A stretch of 60,843 bases of DNA, counting the filler, from Sphacelaria rigidula (Eukaryota), in assembly GCA_964200075.2 (NCBI GenBank). It is 9 parts of 9 records of this genome, joined end to end, with 100 filler letters (N's around TTAATTAATTAA, not from the genome) between each part and the next. Parts side by side here need not be neighbours in the genome. Positions count along the whole stretch, not along the records: positions 47,404 to 54,073 come from CAXNAA020018721.1; positions 54,174 to 60,843 come from CAXNAA020018722.1; 7 more parts are not named here. The stretch is one strand, 5' to 3'. Shown here one piece after another: positions 52,932 to 60,843 of the stretch (the first letter of the stretch is position 1; each line of letters begins with the position of its first letter). The notes below the pieces were generated by a model. It had not been told where the DNA came from and did no database searches. It worked only from the letters and a program-made list of their open reading frames with translations. Made by a program: the position numbers and the translations under genes.

Positions 52932-53370
52932 GGCCGGATGTTATGGCAAACACATTTTTGCCCCATTAATTGTTCAGTTTTTGGACGTGTAAAGCACTGT
53001 TTTACCCCCCAACAGGGAAAATGGCCCACACACGTCTGGGGGACTTTGCATCACCCCACGGAGAGGAGCCTAGTCCGCTTTTCAGATTATTTTCGCTCCG
53101 GCGTATCGAGATTGGCCGCTGAACAGTAAGTCGGGTGGGAAAATCTTGTCGGTCCCCGTCACATTGCCCAGTAAAGGCCGGATGTTATGGCACACAGATT
53201 TTTGTCCCACTGACTGCTCACTTTGTTGGCGTTTGAGCCTCTTTTTGACCCCCAAACAGGGAACAATGCCCATACACGTCTTGGACACTTTGCACCACCG
53301 GGCCGAGAGGAGCGTGGGCCCCTTTTCAGATTCGCTTGGCTCCAACACTTCGACGGCGGCCGCTGAACGA
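52932..53370. repeat. Two diverged direct repeats, period ~244 bp
   Basis: ggccggatgttatggca.aca.atttttg at 52932 and 53176; gagaggagc...ttttcagatt...ggccgctgaac. Confidence 0.8.
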
Positions 53371-53412
53371 AAGCCCTTTCGCAAAATAAACCACGACGAT
53401 CTCCGCACCGTA

Positions 53413-53909
53413 GGTAAGGTACCGTACCGAGCGTACCCCCGGTATTTACCGGGGTATCCCATACCGTGGTATGCGTAGGTATCGAAGGTATGACATTTCA
53501 AAATACCGGGTTGGGCCGGTACGGTAGATATTGAAATCTCGACATACCCTGGTGTCGTGGGTATCGTAGGGATGAATTTCGAAAGTACCGGATTGGGCCG
53601 GTAGGGTAGGTTTTGAAACCTCGAAATACCGTGGTATCGCAGACATTGTAGGTATGAGTTTAAAAAATACCGGATTGAGCAAGTGCGGTAGGTGTTGAAA
53701 TCTCAAAATACCGTGGTATCGTAGGTATCGTAGGTATCGTAGGTATTAGTTTTGAAAACACCGGAGTTTGGGAGTACGGTAGGTACCGGTATCTCGAGAT
53801 ACCGTGGTATCGTAGGTATTGTAGGTGTGAGCTTCGAAAATCCCGGATTGGGTCGGTATCGGTACGGTATGTGATGTCCCAAATACCGGTACCGGGTACC
53901 TGCCTTACC
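53413..53909. mobile_element. MITE-like element built from ggtatcgta/ataccg subrepeats
   Basis: Ends ggtaagg...ccttacc; internal repeats of aaataccgtggtatcg and ccggattgg. Confidence 0.65.
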
Positions 53910-53998
53910 CTCTATACCGAGTTCAAAACCTTCATTTGGCAATGCGAAGCGTTTCAGATCTGGGTGCAAGTTGAGCAGCCGAAGGTTTCACAGGCATC

Positions 53999-54073
53999 GA
54001 GTCATCCTACGATAGGGGGGGGGTATTTGGTTGCACGGAAAAAGAGGCTCATAAGTGTGTTAGACATCAGATC
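53999..54073 (-). repeat. Uninterrupted terminus of the repeat that is the LINE target at 20560-20618
   Basis: The reverse complement gtctaacacacttatgagcctctttttccgtgcaaccaaataccccccccctatcgtaggatgactc aligns with 20558-20618 + 21360-21364. Confidence 0.8.
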
Positions 54074-54974
54074 NNNNNNNNNNNNNNNNNNNNNNNNNNN
54101 NNNNNNNNNNNNNNNNNTTAATTAATTAANNNNNNNNNNNNNNNNNNNNNNNNNNNNNNNNNNNNNNNNNNNNGCGGCGTGGTCGATGGTCACAGGGCGA
54201 AGCGAAGGAAGAAATGGGTGCGCCGCCCCCCCCGGTCGTAAATGGTCTGATGACTATGGCATGCATGATCATAAGTACACCCCCTCATCCCCCCTCCTCC
54301 CCCCCTCCTCCCCCCCGAAGACCTCTAGGATTCGAAAAAGGGGCATAGAGTCTCGGGTTTAGTTTTGGGCCCTCATGATACCCGACTGAACTTGGACATG
54401 ATAAGCTACTGTATGCCCAAGTCCAGCGAGTGGAATACTTATCCGCGGTCGTTCCATGTGCCTTGTATCGACACCACAGCAGCTGCAACACATTCACACA
54501 TTCCGTAGCCACCGTTCAAGCCGTCAAAGCACGCGGGAGCAGTATCACGATGCTGTAGCCTTTGGGACTGAATATACAACATTGGCCTTCTTCCTCGCAG
54601 CTCCTACAGCTGTGGGAAATCGATCCACTAGCTGTGTGTCGAGGACATCGTCGGTACGACGAAGAAGGGGTCGATTCATGGACCCATCTTCGCGGCTGGT
54701 ACGCGTTATCCGCACTTCGTACCCAACAGCTCCAGATTACACGGGCGGCGTACGTCGATAAGGTGCGACGCCAGACAGCGGAGCAGCGTGTATATTTATA
54801 GATAGTTGAACACTCTCTGTAGATACATGCTAATCACGCTGGCTAAAACCTCAGTGCATCGCGGAACATTCGGGTAGAACGTTCTAGCCGCAATCACCTG
54901 TTGGCGTTCTTGTCTGTAACGCGACCGCTATCAATCGCAAGAACATGACTATGTGCTCCCATGCCTTCAGCCAA

Positions 54975-55730
54975 CATAGCTCATGTCCAAGTTGCCTAAG
55001 TCGCGTTTTTGACAAACGCCATGTCCAAGTCCAGTCCGGTGCACATGTATTGTTTGGCCCTGTGTGCAGCAGGCGCGTTTCTCCTGCACTACGACGCAGT
55101 TTTCAACCCACGATGGCTTGAACGGTGGCTACGAACTGTGTGAGTGTATTGCAGCTGCTGTGGTGTCGATGCAAGGCACATGGGACGAGCGCGCACAGGT
55201 ATTCCACTCGCTGGAGGTGGACATAAGCCATGTCCAACTCGCGACTTTGACACAGCATATGTCCACCTCCAGTCGGATGGCGGTATGTTTTGGCGCTGTG
55301 TACAGCAGGCGTGTTTCTCGTCCGCTACGGCGCCGTTTGCACCGCACGATAGCTTAAACAATGGCTACGGACTGTGTGAGTGTATTCCGGGTGTTGTGGT
55401 GTCGGTACAAGTCGCATGGGACGAGAACGAACAGGTATTTCACTCGCTAGAGGTGGACATAAGCTATGTCCAACTCGCGACTTGGACATAGCTTATCTCC
55501 ACCTCCGGTCGGTTGGCGGTATTTTTGGCATTGTGTAGTAGGTGCGTTTCTCGTTCGCTACAAGGCTGTTTGCATTGTACGATGGCTTGAACGATAGCTA
55601 CGGACTGTGTGAGTGTATTCCGGGTGTTGTGGTGTCGATGTAAGACAGACACATGAGACGAACGCGGGTGGGTAGTCCAATCCCAGCTGGAGGTGGACAT
55701 AACTATTTCCAAGTCGCGACTTGAAAATAG
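54975..55730. repeat. Tandem array of ~235-bp units (3 copies) plus an inverted copy at ~54410-54530
   Basis: Anchor gtgtgagtgtatt at ~55138, 55374 and 55607; gaggtggacataa in each unit. Confidence 0.9.
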
Positions 55731-56524
55731 CATTACCCATATAAAGTACGAGTCAATTCAGCCCCCGATGGTCACGGTGAGCTACAGAGAGCAATTCTTG
55801 ACTATTTTGAGGGAATCCTTCACGTGGCAATGGGCGCTTAGATGACGTTCAACCAGAGTTTTCGCTCGGGATAGGTGGTGGCTGTGCAGGTTCAAATAGG
55901 ACTGCGCACCAAGCTAGCGGGTGGCCTCTGAAGAAACTAGAAGACTTCGGCGATGCAGCGCCCCACGCGGGTCAGTCGTCTGTTCAAGTCATCGAGATCT
56001 CTTGTGAGAATTGCCTTGCTCTGCTGTAAACGGTGCCCTGCGAGGAAGCGCGTCACGGCCACACAACGAGCCTCACAGTTCACAGGTCAGTGAGTCTCGA
56101 ACACTACGGAGACAGATCTACGTGAGCTGCCAATCTTGACGGTCGCTCGTGGGCACTTGCGAAGAAGGTGGGAAGCATGGAGACTCGCTATCGCGGAGTG
56201 TGCAGGGGGAAGGGGACTGTATCCTCTACTACGACGGGTTCATGCCGCGCAGGGCATTCCGACAACGACAAAAACACGGGATCAGTGCAGGGCCTACGAA
56301 AAAAACGGAAAATTTCCCACGACGATTGAGAATCGTTTTGGGTCTATGGAACAAGTTAAGGAAACGAAACTCGTCAGTTGTACGAGCATCATCAAATTCG
56401 GTGCTATGACGGCTGTTCTACTGTACGGACAGTCAGTACAACTACGCAGAGCAACGAAAGCTGTCCCGGATTGTTTGACGTGGTAATATGTCGACCACTC
56501 TCCTCGAAAGCTGTTAACACGCGG

Positions 56525-56949
56525 TCTTACAATTTGGGGATGGATCTTTTATCGGGGATGAGAAACCCGGAGAATTAAAATATTTGTTTCCACACCAGAT
56601 CTTTGAAATATGTTTCCATTTCTTCACCTACTGATAGCTATTGACAACTGCTACACGCCATAGAAGTTCGGATCTCGATGGCCGCAATGTTGGGGTCCTA
56701 GGTGAAAAACCAATATCGGAACCATTTTGGCGTCCGTTCGGACACCCACGATTCCCCACAATTGGTTTTCACCTAGGGCCCCAACATTTCGGTGATCGAG
56801 ATCCAAATTTCTATGGTGTGTGGAAGTTGTCAACAGCTATCGGTAGGTGAAAAAATGAAACCATATCTCGAAGATTTGGTGTGGATACGAAGGTTTTAAT
56901 TCTCCGGGTTTCTCATCCCCAATAAAAGATCCACCCCCAATTTGTAAGA
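56525..56949. repeat. Long imperfect palindrome (~190-bp arms, ~40-bp loop)
   Basis: ggggatgagaaacccggagaattaaaa / ttttaattctccgggtttctcatcccc and cctaggtgaaaaccaat / attggttttcacctagg. Confidence 0.92.
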
Positions 56950-59900
56950 TCCCATGATTATTGTTGCCACGACCTTTATGGTCGGCGCTTGACGGCGTGG
57001 GTCACAAATGCAACGGCAAGTGCTTGGTCATAGAAAACCCTTCCATATACCTGGTGAAATCATAACCCTATCTCGTCTCAGCTTAGTACGGGCTCGAATG
57101 GCATCTTTGTTTTGCAATTGCGACACACATGCACAAACACAGCCTGGTGAGCACCCGACCGGGTATACGATCAGAACAGCTCAGATTATAAGGTGACTGC
57201 CTCCACATGGGTCACGCCAGCAACAGTTAGGCCACCACCAGAGGTACCTTTCTTCACCACCAGAAGGTTTCTACGAGTGTTTGATCTCTCATACATCCCC
57301 CCAATCGGGCTGAGGCAGACTTGCCATTGTGAACCCACTGGTCGGGTTGATCAACCATGACAATGACTCCCCCCCAAGGATGATTGGATCTTGTTATTGC
57401 CGCTACACCGTCCTTGCTAGCATATGCGTGAGAGAGAACAGTGGCGGTGGCGTGAATATTGTCGCTACACGAGTGTTTGATCTCTCATACATCCCCCCAA
57501 CTGGGATGTGACAGGCTCTTGTCCTTGTTTTGCAGACATCGGGTGGAATCTAACCCTAACCCCGACCGAGGCTCACCGGGAACCCTCGGGCATGGGGGGT
57601 AAAAAGTGTTCCTCAGGTAAAGTGTGCTCAAATCGACGCCTTTGAGCCGATTTTGGACCGAAACACGTTCTGGACGAGCTGGGTCTACTGCTCACCATCC
57701 CTCACCTCCCTGAAGTCATAAATTTTCTCAAAACTTTCTTCTGTCTGAAACCAAGTAAAATCGAGTACCAACCGTCGTTTACGTACATTACCTCAAGTCT
57801 ACTGGAGAGGAATCGATCTTTGCCTTGGTCAGCGCCACAGACACGAGACGACAACCGTGGGCACCCCAATCTTGTTTCCAAGGCTGTGCTACAATAACCC
57901 GCCTGCCGACACATGAAAACTTGGGTATGTGATGGTAATATGATATCAATATTTCGACCGATTGCGAATCGTCGAAGGAGGACCCACACAGGACACCGGC
58001 AAGGAGCTTCCTCTCCGCCGTCGTCCCTCTCTCTGGTGATATCGTCATTGACACGCGCGTACACCACATTCGTTCGGTGCACCACCTGCTTAATAACCGC
58101 TATATATTGTTTTGGAGAAGATGCATTCCCTTGGTGAAATTGTCTCGCACCATTCCTGGAAATTACTTATGTCATTTGAACCTCATTTTTGGGCTCAACC
58201 CCATTTTCGAGAATCGGTTGTTCAGTGAGGTCTCCACATGTCACTTTCAAATCAGAGGCAAAGATCCTGGACATCGTAGGGGAGCTGAAGGCTGTGGAAC
58301 TGAGCGACGATAAGAACGAACCGTCGAGGAAGCAGCAAAGTCAACGGCGATGATGGCCCGGGTGGACAGACATCGCAAGACACGACATCATCGAAGCGCT
58401 ATTTCCGAACCAGGGACTGGGCTGAGGCCCAGTCGGCTAGCGCGCGTCGGGCGGATATCACAAAAAAATCTTCAGGAGTTTTGATGACAGCTATTCCAAT
58501 GACGAAAATTTCCTCGTTGCCCTCCAAGTAACTCGAAACGAAGACGCGTTCTTCATGCTCGGAGGTGGAATCGCCACTGGATCATAGGAAGCATCGACCG
58601 CGAAAGGAGCCTCGGCAGGGTCCGATGCTGATATTCGGAAAATGGTCATTGAAGAGGAAATCCCAGGTAAGGACAACGAGCCTCAGAGCGGAGAGGTCGG
58701 TGAACCGCTGAGATCACGGATGCCATCGGCGGAGCTTGCAGATCGTGGGACTCCAAGGTCGGACGAGAGCTCCGGATGCTTAAAGGCGGGGACATCGCAG
58801 ATAGGAATGGAGCCGCAAGTAGGACTGGAGGATCGCACCCCCTGAAGTGGAGATAACTGTGAACACGGGCTCATCGCCAAAGCATCAAAGATATGTTCGC
58901 TATCGCCCAAATGTGGTGATCGCTACTGACGCAGAGGGTGGCGATTAGATGCCAGAACCACTCCAAGTCCGAGCAATGAAGGAGAACGTTAGATGTATGC
59001 CGTTGAAGTGAAGCCAAAGTAACAGCCCGCCCGGTCAATCCTAGTGAGGTCCTGTTTCATAGACGTGGTTGATAACAACATGTATTTCATGTGTGCTTTT
59101 TCATTTCATCTGTAAAAACACAGAACCACGTCGAGAATCCAACAAACTGGACTCACCGCGACGGCTGTGAGCTACTTTTGCTTTCCAAAGGGGGCCATAC
59201 TCACTGATTCACTGCAGCATGAAGGAGGCACAAATGGCTCGTGTCAGTCCGATCTCCAGCTGACAGTCCCACGGGAAGACTTTTGGCTAAGAGGGTGGTG
59301 TCCGGGGTATTCGGTTGGGGTATCCGGATCATGCGGGCGGCCTACCAATATCAATATTATTACAACGAAAAGGCAGATGGAGGGTCCACTTGCTCTTGTT
59401 GTTGCTGCTGCTGCTGCTGCTGCTTGGTTGCAAGGTCCAAAACCGATCTTTCCTTCGGTAACACTAGTGCCATTGTTGTGTTCACCACTTCTTTTCTGCC
59501 GTGCTCCTTTGCCATCTGACGATACGCAATTCCCCATGGGTATGCAGCGAGGGGGCAGATCTCTTAGTATTGTTTCCGTGGTTTGCTCCTCAATCCCGAA
59601 ATCAGCACATTCCCAGCTACGTGGATCACTGCCGGCATCCAAATCTGTGGTGTCGCTTGCGATGCATGCTCTCCCATGACGATCGCTTCCGTACAGTTGT
59701 GCCGCAAAAATACAAACTTCCTGTAATTGATATTGTACGCACCAAACAAGCACAAGTTACAATCCTGCACTTCGTGATGACGAATCGGGCGCAAACCCAA
59801 GTGCCACAAGAGAGTGCATGAATGAAAGTTCATCGCCACTACTCTCGGGGGGAAAGGAGACGGGCGGCTATGAAAATAAAAAGCATTGCACTGGTGGAAT

Positions 59901-59976
59901 CATGGATCGCATCCTCACACTCCAGCCCCCGACGGCTGTACGCATACACGGAGAGACAAACTACCTACGCAGTACA

Positions 59977-60667
59977 CTACTCCTCCATGGCACCCCAGTT
60001 CCCGAACGGTCGCCGCCATGATCGTCGATGCTTCAACCACTCCTCCTTCTTGGCTTGCCTCTCCAGTGCTGCTCTATCCCTACATTCCTCCAAACTCTCG
60101 GGCAGGCCGGACTCGAACGACGGGTCGACGTCGAGCACTCTCTTCCTCAGCTTGGCGGGGAGCTCGGCAAACGAGCCCACTCGCTTCGCCTGGACGTCCA
60201 ACCCGCACATCTGCCCGGCCCCATACCACGCAGGACACTCCCCATATCGGGTGTAGGTGAGAAACCCCTCCGCGGCATTTCCTTCAGTCGGATTTTTCCC
60301 CGCGGAACTTATAACAGCCCGCCCGCCATCGCTGCGGCCGCCACCCAGGAGTCGCCGCCGCCCGCACCTCACCCAGCTCATCGCTCCAGAATTGCCATCA
60401 TCCTTTGATGACTTGCCGACGTCAGACGCCTTTTTATGTTTGTTTTCGTTTTTAGTGCTTTCTCCACTGTCTACCCTACCTCCGCCCTTCCCCCCAGACA
60501 CATAGCTGTACACCTCTCTGCAGCCATGGCTGGGCGGAGGGGTAGACCCGAACTCGACCCATTTTGCCCCGGGGCGGTTCTCCCGACGCTTGAGCTCTCG
60601 CTCTTCTTTTGGCGTGCGCGCCTCGACGAAGAAGTGGAAATTGAAAACACGTCGCAAGTTACCGCTT

Positions 60668-60704
<37 letters not shown>

Positions 60705-60768
60705 GCCCCCAGCTCTGGCCCCCGTCAGCTCCAACCTCTTCTACGCCGTTCATGTTCGACGCTACCGC
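59977..60768 (-). CDS. Terminal exon of a hypothetical protein (possibly DUF1838-like C-terminus)
   Basis: Pyrimidine tract + ctctag|GCG acceptor at 60768, in frame with the 258-aa ORF. Motif TYTRYGECPAWYGAGQMC...SFAELPAKLRKRV; GC-rich codons. Confidence 0.75.
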
Positions 60769-60843
60769 CTAGAGTGTGTTAGGCAGGAAAGATATTCGCG
60801 TGCGGGGGGGAAGGAGCGGCGGGGTAGGGGTGGGAGTGGGGGG

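Noticed and set aside
57550..57563. Telomeric (CCCTAA) repeat
   Set aside because: Only about two units, and internal.
58300..58920. GC-rich gag-like coding segment
   Set aside because: Short interrupted frames with no recognisable motif, so no call can be supported.

Overview
This is eukaryotic, repeat-rich DNA. It is most likely a brown alga or other stramenopile, inferred from GT-AG introns, an FNIP-repeat gene and the repeat and TE types. It is not one locus: nine contigs (6672 bp x6, 6671, 6670, 6670) are joined in size order by 100-bp N44-TTAATTAATTAA-N44 linkers, so adjacency across linkers is artificial. Supported genes are a spliced FNIP-repeat protein (596-2048), two exons of an atypical non-RD protein kinase (HKD, DFD, ~99-aa activation segment; minus strand 18187-18131 and 15566-15225) and the last exon of a probably conserved hypothetical protein (60768-59977). 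The rest is mostly mobile DNA: a decayed chromodomain-bearing Gypsy integrase, several non-LTR (LINE) fragments, a tRNA-derived SINE, many MITEs and foldbacks, tandem arrays and microsatellites. The most intriguing signal is a LINE family with a poly-C 3' tail that inserts into C-runs, apparently twice at the same site of another repeat. I found no convincing intact multi-gene novel system.
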